A stretch of 64,000 nucleotides of DNA from Candidatus Cloacimonadales bacterium (lineage in GTDB: Bacteria; Cloacimonadota; Cloacimonadia; Cloacimonadales; DAONDQ01), in contig OY759316.1 of assembly GCA_963662275.1 (NCBI GenBank), positions 2,880,001-2,944,000 on the forward strand, written 5' to 3'. Within the stretch, counting starts at the first letter, position 1. Every line of letters starts with the position of its first letter. Under the pieces are notes generated by a model. The model did not search any database and was not told the DNA's origin. It worked only from the letters and a program-made list of their open reading frames with translations. Position numbers and translations under genes: made by a program. Below, in pieces: positions 30,601-40,892 of the stretch.

Positions 30601-33600
30601 GTACTGATCCAAACAACTGGCCTTCTTCATGGACAGCTATGTGGAATATGCCTGGTATGTGGTTTCCAAATAATAATTCGACTAGCATATTTTATAATTC
30701 CCTGGCGAACGGTTATCGCTTGCCCTCTAGATCTGAATGGATGTTTGCTGCACGCGGTGGGAACCTGACTCATAATTATACATACAGCGGCAGCAATACC
30801 ATTGGAAATGTAGCCTGGTATAGTACAAATTCAAGTTCTGCAGTTCACCAGGTAGGGACAAAAACAGCAAATGAGCTTGCTCTCTACGATATGACAGGCA
30901 ATGTAAGCGAATGGTGCTCAAATAATCCTGATTATGATCCTTTGATGCCTCCGTGGATCATGTGGGAAGAATATCAATACAGCCGTAATATCGTAGGTGG
31001 CAGTTGGAGTAGCCCTGATACAGATTGTGCAGTAGCTTCACAACTCGGCTACAGCCATACTTCATATACGTCAAATTCATATGGCTTCCGGGTTTGCAGA
31101 TTTGAATTCGAAACAGTTGCCCCACCTGTGCTTTCTCCTGTTGGTACAACCTATAACAATACCCAGTCTGTATCCATCTCTACAGCAACAATCGGTGCAA
31201 CAATACGATATACAACGAATGGATCAACACCTTCCACGACCGTAGGTACGATTTATAGCAGTCCGATTAGTGTTACAACCAGCCAGACCATCAAGGCTAT
31301 AGCTTATAAAACCGGTTGTATAACTTCAACAATAGCCTCAGAGACCTATAGTTTAGTAGTTGATGTACCTGTCTTTTCTCTTCTGCCGGGAACCTACCTT
31401 TCTTCACAGACTACCACTATCACGACCAACACTACGGGAGCATCCATCAGATATACTACTGATGGTTCAACACCAACTTCTACAACAGGCACTCTTTATT
31501 CATCTCCTATCAGTATCAATTCGAGTCAAACAGTGAAAGCCATTGCCTATAAAACCGGTATGGTCTCATCAAATGTAATCTCTTCTGTATATACAGTAAA
31601 CCTGACAGTTAGCAGCCCTACTTTTTCCCATGCCAGCGGTGCTTATACGAACGCTATTACGGTGGCTATCAACTGTTCTACTTCCGGGTCTACGATTAGA
31701 TATACTCTCGATGGCAGTGAACCTACCATTTCATCTCAACAAAGTTATGGTTCAGTTTACATAAATGCTACTCGAATCCTCAAAGCAAAAGCTTTTAAAA
31801 CGGATTGGACCGCTTCTGCAACTTCCACAGCTCTATATTCTTTTATTAGCTCTCAGTCGGAAATGGTCTATATCGCAGGGGGAACATTCAATAATGGTAC
31901 ATCGAATGTCACATTATCTTCCTTCTATATCGATAAATATGAATGCACCCAGGTTGATTATCAATCAGTCATAGGCAGTAATCCTTCATCACAATTTGGA
32001 ATTGGATCGAATTATCCTGCTTACGGTATGGGATTCAGGGGAGCAATTGAATATTGTAATAAGCGTAGCATCATTGAAGGTTTGACACCATGCTACAGTT
32101 ACAGTACTTATGGCACAGCTACAAGTAGCTGGCCTTATAATTGGTGTTATGAGGCGAACCATGTCAATCTAAGCTGCAATTGGACAGCCAATGGTTACAG
32201 GTTACCGTCTGAAATGGAATGGATGTATGCTGCCAGGGGTGGGAGTTCAACCCATAATTACACTTACAGTGGAAGCAATGATGTAACAGCGGTGGGCTGG
32301 TGTTACCCTTATGCGGCGAATACAACACATACAGTTGGTTCTAAAAATTCGAATGAACTTGGGCTATATGATATGACGGGGAACTTGAGTGAATATTGTT
32401 GGGATATCTGGTCTGAAACATATCCTAGTGGTCAACAAACAAATCCGCATGGACCTGCTTCTGGTACGACAAGAGTAGTTCGAGGTGGAAATTTCGATTA
32501 TGAGCCAGTGTTTTCTACTGTTTCTTATCGAGATTATAGCAGTACTGATGCAGGATCTTCAAACTACGGTTTTCGTCTTTGCAGAACCTCTGTATCCATA
32601 CCTATGCAACAGCATTTTACCAGGGTAGAAGGAGGTACTTTCAATAATGGAGCTTCAGATGTTACTTTATCACCTATCCTCCTCGATAAATACGAAGTAA
32701 CACAATCATCATACCAGTCAATAATGGGAAGTATCCCCTCTACTTCGTATGGGAACGGTTCGGATTATCCTGTATATGGTGTTTCCTGGTTCAATGCATT
32801 TGAATATTGCAATAGAAGAAGTTTGAGTGAAGGTTTGATTCCATGCTACAGTTATCGAACTTACGGAACAAACCCGAACACTTGGCCCACCGGATGGAAT
32901 TCTAGTGGTAATAACTTCACATATTTTACCTGTAACTGGGAAGCGAACGGTTATCGTTTACCTACTGAAATGGAGTGGATGTTTGCAGCCAGGGGTGGTA
33001 ATCTTACACAAGGTTATACTTACAGTGGCAGCAATAATATAAATACCGTAGCATGGTATAACTCCAACTCTAGCTATGCAACTCATATTGTGGGATCGAA
33101 AACAGCGAATGAATTGGGGTTATACGATATGAGCGGAAATGTCAATGAATGGTGCTGGGATTCATACGGCAGTTATCCTTACGGACCTCAAACCAATCCT
33201 CACGGAGCAACAGATGGATACTATCAGGATTACCGTATTCTTCGCGGTGGAGGATTTGATGGCTCAAGTACAAGTTGTACAACAAGTTATAGAAGCTACA
33301 ATCTTGCTTATTACACTAACTTGTATGGCTACAACTATGGTTTCCGTATCTGTAGGAATGCACCATCTCAAATCGTTGCTACACCAACTTTTAACATGGC
33401 TGCAGGTATTTATAACAACGCGATTGATGTGAGCATCAGTTGTTCAACACCTGGTGCCAGTATCTACTATACAATCAATAATTCACTTCCTACAGAAAGC
33501 TCGATGCTTTATCAAAACCCGGTAACAATCAGCCAGACTACATACCTCAGGGCAATAGCATTTAAGACAGGATGGACACCTTCAGAGGAAAAACATGAAT

Positions 33601-36600
33601 CGTATAACCTGACCATAGCAACTCCTACTTTTTCTGTTGCCGGTGGTGTCTACACAAGTACTCAGACTGTTAATCTACAGACAGTGACAACCGGTACTGA
33701 AATCCGCTATACAACGAATGGCAGTGAACCCACCGAGACATCGTCTCTCTACACAAATCCGCTCAGTATTTTTCAAACTACCACGTTAAAAGTAAAAGCC
33801 TATCGTACTGGCTGGAATCCTTCTTCTACAGCAACTGCCATCTATACAATCAATAACTTAGTCCTTGTCGATGGCGGTACCTTTAATAATGGCACTTCGA
33901 ATGTGACAGTGAGCAGTTTCTATCTGGATAAGTACGAACTAACACAAGCTGCCTATCAGGCTGTGATGGGTACGAATCCTGCTTCAAGCTATGGTGTAGG
34001 CAGTTCATATCCCGTATATTTTGTATCTTGGTTCAATGCTATAGAATATTGTAACAAGAGAAGTATCTCCGAAGGACTGACTCCCTGCTATAGTTACAGC
34101 ACTTATGGCACAAATCCGACAGCATGGCCTTCCGGCTGGAATACCAGTGATGACAACCATACCAACGTGACTTGCAACTGGACAGTAAATGGATACAGAC
34201 TTCCAACTGAAGCGGAATGGGAATTTGCTGCACGAGGCGGTAATTCAACCCATGGTTATACCTATAGCGGTAGTAATACCATTGACGGGGTAGCGTGGTA
34301 TAGTTCAAATTCAAGCAGCATTTCACATGTCATTGGTTCCAAAGCAGCAAATGAGCTTGGTATCTATGATATGAGCGGTAACGTCTGGGAATGGAATTGG
34401 GACATTTATGGCACCTATCCCAGCGGATCGCAAAATAATCCGCATGGAGTAGTCAGCGGGTCTGCCCGTGTGTTACGTGGCGGTTGCTGGGCAGACGTTA
34501 CTGGCGGCTGCGCTAGTTCCTTTCGGAACCATTTCAGTGCGTCTTCCGGCGCTGGCACTATAGGCATCCGCATCTGCAAGAATGTACCTGCTCCGCCAAT
34601 ACAGGAATCCTATGTGTTGGTGGATGGTGGTACTTTCAACAACGGTACATCCGATGTTGCTTTATCATCCTTCTATATGTATAAGACGGAACTCACTCAA
34701 TCTTTATATCAAACTGTGATGGGAACTAATCCAGCATCAGGGTATGGAGTCGGAAACGATTATCCTGTATATAATGTTAACTGGTTTAAAGCCATAGAAT
34801 ACTGTAATAGACGGAGTATTAACGAAGGACTGACTCCGTGTTACAGTTACAGTACATATGGTGGAAATACTGCTAACTGGCCTTCTGGTTGGAACACAAG
34901 TAACTCTAACCATACGAATGTATCTTGTAACTGGACTGCTGATGGATATCGTTTACCTACAGAAATGGAATGGCAATTTGCAGCTCGAGGTGGTAATCTG
35001 TCACATAATTATACATATAGCGGTAGTAATACTCTCAATTCAGTAGCTTGGAACTCTTCAAACGCACCATACACAACCCATTCTGTGGGAACACTAACTG
35101 CAAATGAACTTGGCATCTATGATATGAGTGGTAATATTTGCGAATGGGTGTGGGATATATACGATAATTATCCAAGCAGTACTCAGATTAATCCACATGG
35201 TCCAACAAGTGGTCTTTACCATGTCCAGCGCGGAGGAAGTTGGGGTTTTTATCCTGAAAATTGTGCAGTTTCATCTCGAGTTGTCAACAATCCCACAGAC
35301 AGTAACTACTTTCTTGGTTTCCGTCTCTGCCGCAGCATCCCAGCACCACCTGTATTGGAAAGCTATCTTCCGGTACCTGGCGGTACTTTCAACAACGGCA
35401 CTTCAGATGTGACAATATCATCTTTCTCTATAAGCAACTATGAAGTGACTCAATATGCCTACAAGTTAGTCATGGGTACAAATCCTTCCTATTTCAGCAA
35501 TGATTTGAACAAACCCGTTGATTCCGTTACATGGTTCAATGCCATTGAATATTGTAATCGGAAAAGCATCAGTGAAGGATTAACTCCGTGTTACACGTAT
35601 ATTGGTTATGGTACAAATCCTTCAAGTTGGCCTTCCGGGTGGAATACCAGTAACGCCAACCATGTTTACATCTCCTGCAATTGGGCAGCATTTGGTTATC
35701 GTCTTCCTACTGAAATGGAATGGCAGTTTGCTGCAAGAGGTGGTACATTAACAAATAATTATTCCTATGCCGGTAGCAACACTATAGATGCTGTTGCCTG
35801 GTATCTCACTAATGCCGGTAATTACACTCACCAGGTTGGAACAAAAGCATCTAATGAACTTAGTCTGTATGATATGAGCGGTAACGTCTGGGAATGGAAT
35901 TGGGATATTTATGGCACATATTCCAGCGGACTGCAAGCTAACCCTCATGGCGTCGTCAGCGGGTCTGCCCGTGTAGTACGCGGCGGTAGCTGGACAGACG
36001 TTCCCGGCGGTTGCACAGTTTCCGGTCGGAACAGCCTCAATGCGACTGACATCGGTCCCAATATAGGTTTCCGTATCTGCAGGATCATGCCAATCCAAAA
36101 TGCATTGATTTCCGTACCTGGCGGAACATTCAATAATGGAACTTCGGATGTGACGATCTCAACATTCTCAATGGAAAAATATGAAACAACTCAAACAGCT
36201 TATCAAGCTGTCATGGGTAATAATCCTTCTTATCGGACGAGTATAGCCAATGGACCTGTCGAGCAGGTTACATGGTACAATGCTATCGAATATTGCAACA
36301 GGAGAAGCATCAGTGAAGGTCTGACTCCCTGCTATAGTTACAGCACTTATGGTACAAATCCTTCGAACTGGCCTGCTAATTGGAATGCAGTTGTTAACAT
36401 TACGAATTTAACGTGCGATTGGGCAACAGCCAATGGTTATCGGTTACCTACTGAAATGGAATGGCAATTCGCTGCCCGTGGTGGTAACCTGACGCATAAT
36501 TACGCATATAGCGGGAGCAATACTGTGACTACGGTAGCTTGGTGTAATTCAAATTCCGGAAGCACAACACATACTGTTGGAGATAAGCTCCCGAATGAGT

Positions 36601-37574
36601 TAGGTTTATATGATATGAGCGGTAATGTCATGGAATGGGTATGGGACAAATATGCAAGCACTTATCCCAGCTTTAATCAGTTTAATCCCCATGGACCGAG
36701 CACAGGGGAAGGAAGAATATATAGGGGAGGCGGTTATATGATTTCTGATACCCAATGCCAGGTTACATTACGTAGCTACGATTATGAAGCTAGTTGGTCA
36801 TTTTACATGGGCTTCCGTGTCTGTAAAAATAACCCGAGTTTTGTATTTGTTCCGGGTGGTACGTTTAATAATGGCACTTCTAATGTGACAGTATCAGATT
36901 TCAAGATGGAAAAATGGGAAGTTAGGCAGGCTGACTACCAAGCAGTAATGGGAACGAATCCAGCATATGATTATGGAGTCAGCAGCAATCATCCTGTGCA
37001 CTACGTGTCATGGTTCAATACTGTTGAGTACTGTAATAAACGCAGCATACAGGAGGGATTTACACCTTGTTATAGCTATGGAACTTATGGTACTAATCCT
37101 TCCAGTTGGCCTTCCGGGTGGAATACATCAAATGATAATCATGTGAATGTGAATTGCAATTGGATGGTGAATGGTTATCGTCTTCCCACAGAAGCTGAAT
37201 GGGAATTCGCTGCAAGAGGTAGTAATCTAACCCATAATTATATTTATAGTGGTAGTAATACGATTGATAATATAGGATGGTATCAGTCAAATTCTGGTAA
37301 TACTAGCCATATTGTTGCAACCAAAACTGCCAATGAACTTGGCATTTATGATATGACCGGGAATGTATGGGAATGGTGTTGGGATATATATGATACTTAC
37401 CCAGCAAATTCACAGACGAATCCTCACGGAGCAATTTCAGGGATATACCGTATTAATCGTGGTGGAGCTTTTTCAAATGTGGATTACGGTTGTACAATAG
37501 CCAATAGGAATTACGGATCGGCAACTATTAATCACAATTACTATGGATTCCATATCTGTCAGAATGCACAATGA
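27627..37574 (+). CDS. Giant surface protein: 10 FGE-sulfatase (CLec-fold) domains and 8 CHB_HEX_C/Fn3-associated spacer domains
   Basis: Ten units of GGTFNNG...YExTQ...GYRLPTExEW...NELGxYDMSGNVxEW...RGG...GFR. Eight units of PTFS...IRYTxDGxxP. GTG 27627 follows the RBS GGGAGG (the ORF track starts at 27597). Confidence 0.9.
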   Translation: MKNILCVLVFIILCCMNCFCFGANKVSKTNLSNHKQIAIPQIGQFNKTDFRDANPPSDVTISVNAGIVTLSWSAVFNAASYKVEASNTNNRGFTDVTTSGTFNIQTGIISWSKSVTEDYAFFRIRSFTSPIPSNFVLVQRGTFFNGTSDVTISSFYMNKYEITQSEFMAVMGMNPSSYYGIYGIGDDFPVYNITWANAIVYCNKRSISEGLTPCYSYTEPYDGTNYGSNPTSWPTDWYLEVWIPETPPIPSYSYQKSWGLACNWEANGYRLPTEMEWMFAARGGNLSHDYFYSGGNEIDSVAWWGGTNFGGNSSDSIHVVGTKSPNELGLYDLSGNVNEWCWDMYDIYPAGAQVNPHGPTLQNTRVFRGGCCESAASNCLVSYRNDNSIDGNVSEIGFRICLNDPNTVLPPTFSPVTGTYLIPQNVSITSNTFGATIRYTIDGSTPSTTTGMIYSSPILVDHTLSIKAIAYKSGYTTSEITSALYTINLTVTKPTFSPPGGQYSSSQSVSIICPITGAQIRYTTDGSNPTESSSLYQNPISVNQFTTIKAKAYKTGWTASQISTAVYTFSSDFALVTGGIYNTGLGTITVPSFYVEKHEITKDEYEAIMFYSSSVFTGVLNGPVNNVTWFNAIEYCNRRSIQEGLTPCYSFNNGTDYGTNPSYWPLDWNQEWYEEGYSEVRNYSMYVLCNWNASGYRLPSTSEWVFASRGGNLTHNYSFSGSNTIGDVSWYLTNSINTTHSVGLKTANELGIFDMSGNVWEWCWDAYFDEMNMTPSMGESHYLEGGSWNSESYNMYSSWDNALSYNNYSGFRIYRRDPNMVAIPSFSPAGGAYSSTQTVSISCTIPGVQIRYTTNGTEPTESSSLYNSALTISQTTILKARAFKSGFTPSEIKAAGYVIGSPSSQMVTVTGGTFNNGFEDVTISTFMMNKYEVSQASFLAVMGYNPSYCYGVSANYPVYYITWFNAIEYCNKRSITEGLTPCYRFNNGTDYGTDPNNWPSSWTAMWNMPGMWFPNNNSTSIFYNSLANGYRLPSRSEWMFAARGGNLTHNYTYSGSNTIGNVAWYSTNSSSAVHQVGTKTANELALYDMTGNVSEWCSNNPDYDPLMPPWIMWEEYQYSRNIVGGSWSSPDTDCAVASQLGYSHTSYTSNSYGFRVCRFEFETVAPPVLSPVGTTYNNTQSVSISTATIGATIRYTTNGSTPSTTVGTIYSSPISVTTSQTIKAIAYKTGCITSTIASETYSLVVDVPVFSLLPGTYLSSQTTTITTNTTGASIRYTTDGSTPTSTTGTLYSSPISINSSQTVKAIAYKTGMVSSNVISSVYTVNLTVSSPTFSHASGAYTNAITVAINCSTSGSTIRYTLDGSEPTISSQQSYGSVYINATRILKAKAFKTDWTASATSTALYSFISSQSEMVYIAGGTFNNGTSNVTLSSFYIDKYECTQVDYQSVIGSNPSSQFGIGSNYPAYGMGFRGAIEYCNKRSIIEGLTPCYSYSTYGTATSSWPYNWCYEANHVNLSCNWTANGYRLPSEMEWMYAARGGSSTHNYTYSGSNDVTAVGWCYPYAANTTHTVGSKNSNELGLYDMTGNLSEYCWDIWSETYPSGQQTNPHGPASGTTRVVRGGNFDYEPVFSTVSYRDYSSTDAGSSNYGFRLCRTSVSIPMQQHFTRVEGGTFNNGASDVTLSPILLDKYEVTQSSYQSIMGSIPSTSYGNGSDYPVYGVSWFNAFEYCNRRSLSEGLIPCYSYRTYGTNPNTWPTGWNSSGNNFTYFTCNWEANGYRLPTEMEWMFAARGGNLTQGYTYSGSNNINTVAWYNSNSSYATHIVGSKTANELGLYDMSGNVNEWCWDSYGSYPYGPQTNPHGATDGYYQDYRILRGGGFDGSSTSCTTSYRSYNLAYYTNLYGYNYGFRICRNAPSQIVATPTFNMAAGIYNNAIDVSISCSTPGASIYYTINNSLPTESSMLYQNPVTISQTTYLRAIAFKTGWTPSEEKHESYNLTIATPTFSVAGGVYTSTQTVNLQTVTTGTEIRYTTNGSEPTETSSLYTNPLSIFQTTTLKVKAYRTGWNPSSTATAIYTINNLVLVDGGTFNNGTSNVTVSSFYLDKYELTQAAYQAVMGTNPASSYGVGSSYPVYFVSWFNAIEYCNKRSISEGLTPCYSYSTYGTNPTAWPSGWNTSDDNHTNVTCNWTVNGYRLPTEAEWEFAARGGNSTHGYTYSGSNTIDGVAWYSSNSSSISHVIGSKAANELGIYDMSGNVWEWNWDIYGTYPSGSQNNPHGVVSGSARVLRGGCWADVTGGCASSFRNHFSASSGAGTIGIRICKNVPAPPIQESYVLVDGGTFNNGTSDVALSSFYMYKTELTQSLYQTVMGTNPASGYGVGNDYPVYNVNWFKAIEYCNRRSINEGLTPCYSYSTYGGNTANWPSGWNTSNSNHTNVSCNWTADGYRLPTEMEWQFAARGGNLSHNYTYSGSNTLNSVAWNSSNAPYTTHSVGTLTANELGIYDMSGNICEWVWDIYDNYPSSTQINPHGPTSGLYHVQRGGSWGFYPENCAVSSRVVNNPTDSNYFLGFRLCRSIPAPPVLESYLPVPGGTFNNGTSDVTISSFSISNYEVTQYAYKLVMGTNPSYFSNDLNKPVDSVTWFNAIEYCNRKSISEGLTPCYTYIGYGTNPSSWPSGWNTSNANHVYISCNWAAFGYRLPTEMEWQFAARGGTLTNNYSYAGSNTIDAVAWYLTNAGNYTHQVGTKASNELSLYDMSGNVWEWNWDIYGTYSSGLQANPHGVVSGSARVVRGGSWTDVPGGCTVSGRNSLNATDIGPNIGFRICRIMPIQNALISVPGGTFNNGTSDVTISTFSMEKYETTQTAYQAVMGNNPSYRTSIANGPVEQVTWYNAIEYCNRRSISEGLTPCYSYSTYGTNPSNWPANWNAVVNITNLTCDWATANGYRLPTEMEWQFAARGGNLTHNYAYSGSNTVTTVAWCNSNSGSTTHTVGDKLPNELGLYDMSGNVMEWVWDKYASTYPSFNQFNPHGPSTGEGRIYRGGGYMISDTQCQVTLRSYDYEASWSFYMGFRVCKNNPSFVFVPGGTFNNGTSNVTVSDFKMEKWEVRQADYQAVMGTNPAYDYGVSSNHPVHYVSWFNTVEYCNKRSIQEGFTPCYSYGTYGTNPSSWPSGWNTSNDNHVNVNCNWMVNGYRLPTEAEWEFAARGSNLTHNYIYSGSNTIDNIGWYQSNSGNTSHIVATKTANELGIYDMTGNVWEWCWDIYDTYPANSQTNPHGAISGIYRINRGGAFSNVDYGCTIANRNYGSATINHNYYGFHICQNAQ

Positions 37575-37582
37575 TAACATAC

Positions 37583-37612
37583 AGGGGGCTGGAGACTAGT
37601 CTCTAGCCCCTT
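37583..37612 (+). terminator. Hairpin after the giant gene (terminator-like)
   Basis: GGGGCTGGAGA-CTAG-TCTCTAGCCCC followed by TTT. Confidence 0.6.
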
Positions 37613-37732
37613 TCTCTAGCCACTGGTCTCTTGTCTCTATTCTCTTCCCACTCCTTCTTAACAATTAAAACATTTGACAATTATTAAGCAAACTACAATA
37701 GGATAATTATTATTTATTAACTTGGAGATCGA

Positions 37733-40700
37733 ATGTCTAATATCAGTTTTATCGAGTATGAGCCGCAATATGCAAAAGCAGTTGCCGATATGTGGAACAG
37801 GAGCAGCAGCGTCTGGAATGGACGAATCTTCAATAGCAGTGAAAAAAAAGTCCTTCAGGAAGAAGAGAATTCAACTTACCTGAATTTGTATCTTGCTGTC
37901 ATCGATTCATTGGTCATTGGCTATGCAAAGTTTTCTCCATACCCTGAAGAAAAGGGAGTTTCCTACATTGATATGTTGGGTGTAGATCCTGAGTGGCATG
38001 GTAAAGGCATCGGGAAAGTTTTAGTGCAGAAATGTGTGCTCAGGGCTGCTGAGTTAGGATATGATAGAATTGATCTCTTTACCTGGCCTGGTAATACCAA
38101 AGCGGTTCCTCTCTACAAGAAGTGTGGCTTTTTCTGGGAAAAGATGGAAATGCAAGTGACTCATCTAATGAACTTTATTCCTGGATTACTCAACAATGAA
38201 CTGATCAAGCCTTATTTTGATTACTTTGACTGGTATCTTGATTCTAAGAGAGAAATAGAGATAAAGCCTGACGGAAGATGTGATAATGGCTTTGAAATCT
38301 ATGATTATATATGGGAAAAAGAAGATAAAAAACTCCAGATTTCTTTTGAAAAAAGAGGAAGAGGTATCATTGCTATCACAACTTCTGATTTTCATATTTC
38401 CACTTATACTCCTGAAGCGAAACCAGTATTCGGAACAGAATACCCTATCACATACAGGCTGGAATCCTTTATGGACGAACCAATTGAAGTATTTCTCCAG
38501 GGAGAGAATGATCGTGAAATTGACTTTACTTTTGCTCATTCACAGAGCTTAGTTAATAAATTAGAATTGAATGCAGGTTTCTATCTGAATTCAATCACAA
38601 AAGAACTAACTGAATGGGATACTTTACCCAGTGTAGTAACAAAACTAAACATTATGGGTAAATCCGTAAGGATGAAAACAGGGTTGAAGATTCAATATCC
38701 GCTAGATACTACGTTTGCGATGGAAAAAAGCTTAGTGACACCCAGCCATGATCAAGTTCTTTATCTGAATGTACAGAATTGTTTTTCATGCAAATGCTTA
38801 TATCGGATAGATTTTGAGAATGAAGAACCGCTGCAATTGGAAAGAAAGAGTTTTGAAATTAACCTCAAACCACGCGAAAGGAGTTATATTCCCATCAAAT
38901 TCACAACTCCCGAGGCTTGTATCATCTATCCGACATTAAAGATAACAGCCCTGCCGGAAAACGGAAAAGAAGTTCAATTTAACCGGCAAATTCATTACCA
39001 AATCTACACTCTCACATCCAAAGCACAGAAAGTTTTACCTAATCAGTACATTTTGCTCAATGGTAGGATGAGTGTCAGTTTTGATCAATTGGGAAACAAG
39101 AATTGGGGAATGTTTCAAATTATGCAGGGTATGGGTTTCAATCTTTGCCCTCCAAGAGTTGGAAAGCCATATTCTGAAGAGTTTGACCAGGAACTACCCT
39201 ATGATGTACAAGTGAATGATCTCGGTGTGGCGAATGAGTTAGTCATGTATTTCCGTTCCAAAGAGTTTCAAGGAGTTGAGTTTGCTTATGTTTACAAGCT
39301 GTATCCAACCGGGCTGATGGAATTTCATATCAGGATCATCAATCTGCCAATCCAGGAACAGAATGTCTTTGCGAAACTAAGGTTTTGTATTTATGGTGAA
39401 AATCTCGTTTGTGAACTGGGTGGAAGGTTGATCAAATTAGAAAACGATATGCCTGGATTAGATACAAATAATCTGGATGGTGAAGAGTTTAGTAAAAACT
39501 GGGCATTTTCCAAATATGATGATTGTACAAGTGCCATGATTTGGGATAAGAATTGGCATGCATGTATCGACAGATGGTTTGTTTGTTGGGATATTAACTT
39601 AAGCGATTATTATGCTCGAGGTTTACAAGAAACAGAGCCGGTTCTTCTTTACATTGATGTCTTTCAAAATGCTTTTGAAGTGAGAAATGTTGCTGAAGAA
39701 TGTAATAAAAAAGTGGAACCTATGTATCCATCTCTTGAGCTTGTTATTAACAATGAGGATCCATTCCCTGGTCATGCATATGAAGTGAAACTCATCCAGC
39801 ACCAGACTGAAAACTTGAGAGGAAGCTTCATTTTAAGTTCTTCTACAAATGCAATATTACGTGAAGAAATCAAGCATAAATTTGAGGATGAAGTACGCGA
39901 AATCAAATGGACAGTTGAAGCCCATTCAAAGAAACCAATGGAGGTGATCAACTGTGAAGCCAGGTTGCCACTCTATACAGTAGAGCGAAAGCAAATTGTT
40001 TTTCATGAAAAAGGTGAAGTCAGATTCGCTGAAACTAGTGATATTAACGATACACTCCTTGTTGCCGATAATGGCATCATTCAAATCACAACCGCCAAGG
40101 ATGCACGAATACCCAATTTGCTCTCTCTTATTCATGAGGGAAGGGAGTGGCTGGATAATAGTTATCCTGAATATGCTCCTAAATCAAATTACAATCCTTA
40201 TCCTGGGGGAATGACCATAACACCTTGGCAGCTTAGGATCATGAATCTGATGAATGAAACGCACGAAATAAAGAAGGCTAGCCTGTTAGATCAGTGGGGG
40301 CATAAGTGGGAAGGATTGGAAATGAGATCCTCAATTACTAATTTCGACCCTTTACAAGGTTTGGTATATGTACAATATTATCTGATGAGACCTGGTGTAC
40401 CAATTCTTGCAATCACAACCAAGATCATCACAGATACCGGTCATGCCGAATACATACCCTTTTGTTTGAATATGTTTTTCAAACCAAATGGTGAAATACA
40501 GAATAGCAGTATCGACATTCCCTGTGAAGATAATCGTTGGCATATGCTTCATGCTGGGAGTGAGGCTTTTTATCTTCGGAATTCATATCGGCATGTAAAG
40601 ATAAAAAACATGAAATCAGATTATATGCTCAATATCTTAAGTTTGGGGAAATCCTATCACGATATTCACATTGATCCGCAAATTCTCAGGGATAAGTGTT

Positions 40701-40819
40701 ATCTGTACAGTGATTTTGCAAAAACAGTACCTTCTATGTTACGACCTATGTTTATCATATTCTCCGGATCAGATATTGAACATGAATGGCTGTATTCGCT
40801 GCTGAACACAAGGTTTTAG
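37733..40819 (+). CDS. GNAT acetyltransferase fused to a large uncharacterised C-terminal region
   Basis: VDPEWHGKGIGKVL and NTKAVPLYKKCGF in the first ~140 aa of 1028. Confidence 0.8.
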   Translation: MSNISFIEYEPQYAKAVADMWNRSSSVWNGRIFNSSEKKVLQEEENSTYLNLYLAVIDSLVIGYAKFSPYPEEKGVSYIDMLGVDPEWHGKGIGKVLVQKCVLRAAELGYDRIDLFTWPGNTKAVPLYKKCGFFWEKMEMQVTHLMNFIPGLLNNELIKPYFDYFDWYLDSKREIEIKPDGRCDNGFEIYDYIWEKEDKKLQISFEKRGRGIIAITTSDFHISTYTPEAKPVFGTEYPITYRLESFMDEPIEVFLQGENDREIDFTFAHSQSLVNKLELNAGFYLNSITKELTEWDTLPSVVTKLNIMGKSVRMKTGLKIQYPLDTTFAMEKSLVTPSHDQVLYLNVQNCFSCKCLYRIDFENEEPLQLERKSFEINLKPRERSYIPIKFTTPEACIIYPTLKITALPENGKEVQFNRQIHYQIYTLTSKAQKVLPNQYILLNGRMSVSFDQLGNKNWGMFQIMQGMGFNLCPPRVGKPYSEEFDQELPYDVQVNDLGVANELVMYFRSKEFQGVEFAYVYKLYPTGLMEFHIRIINLPIQEQNVFAKLRFCIYGENLVCELGGRLIKLENDMPGLDTNNLDGEEFSKNWAFSKYDDCTSAMIWDKNWHACIDRWFVCWDINLSDYYARGLQETEPVLLYIDVFQNAFEVRNVAEECNKKVEPMYPSLELVINNEDPFPGHAYEVKLIQHQTENLRGSFILSSSTNAILREEIKHKFEDEVREIKWTVEAHSKKPMEVINCEARLPLYTVERKQIVFHEKGEVRFAETSDINDTLLVADNGIIQITTAKDARIPNLLSLIHEGREWLDNSYPEYAPKSNYNPYPGGMTITPWQLRIMNLMNETHEIKKASLLDQWGHKWEGLEMRSSITNFDPLQGLVYVQYYLMRPGVPILAITTKIITDTGHAEYIPFCLNMFFKPNGEIQNSSIDIPCEDNRWHMLHAGSEAFYLRNSYRHVKIKNMKSDYMLNILSLGKSYHDIHIDPQILRDKCYLYSDFAKTVPSMLRPMFIIFSGSDIEHEWLYSLLNTRF

Positions 40820-40892
40820 GTTTTAGGTGCTAGGTGTTAGGTGCTAGTGAATTAATTTTGAAGATTGCCCCGAGATCAGTCCCGACTAAGAG

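Noticed and set aside
27080..37733. Complete DGR cassette (RT, avd, template repeat)
   Set aside because: No ORF with RT motifs and no AAC-rich non-coding copy of an FGE tail was found by eye in the window.
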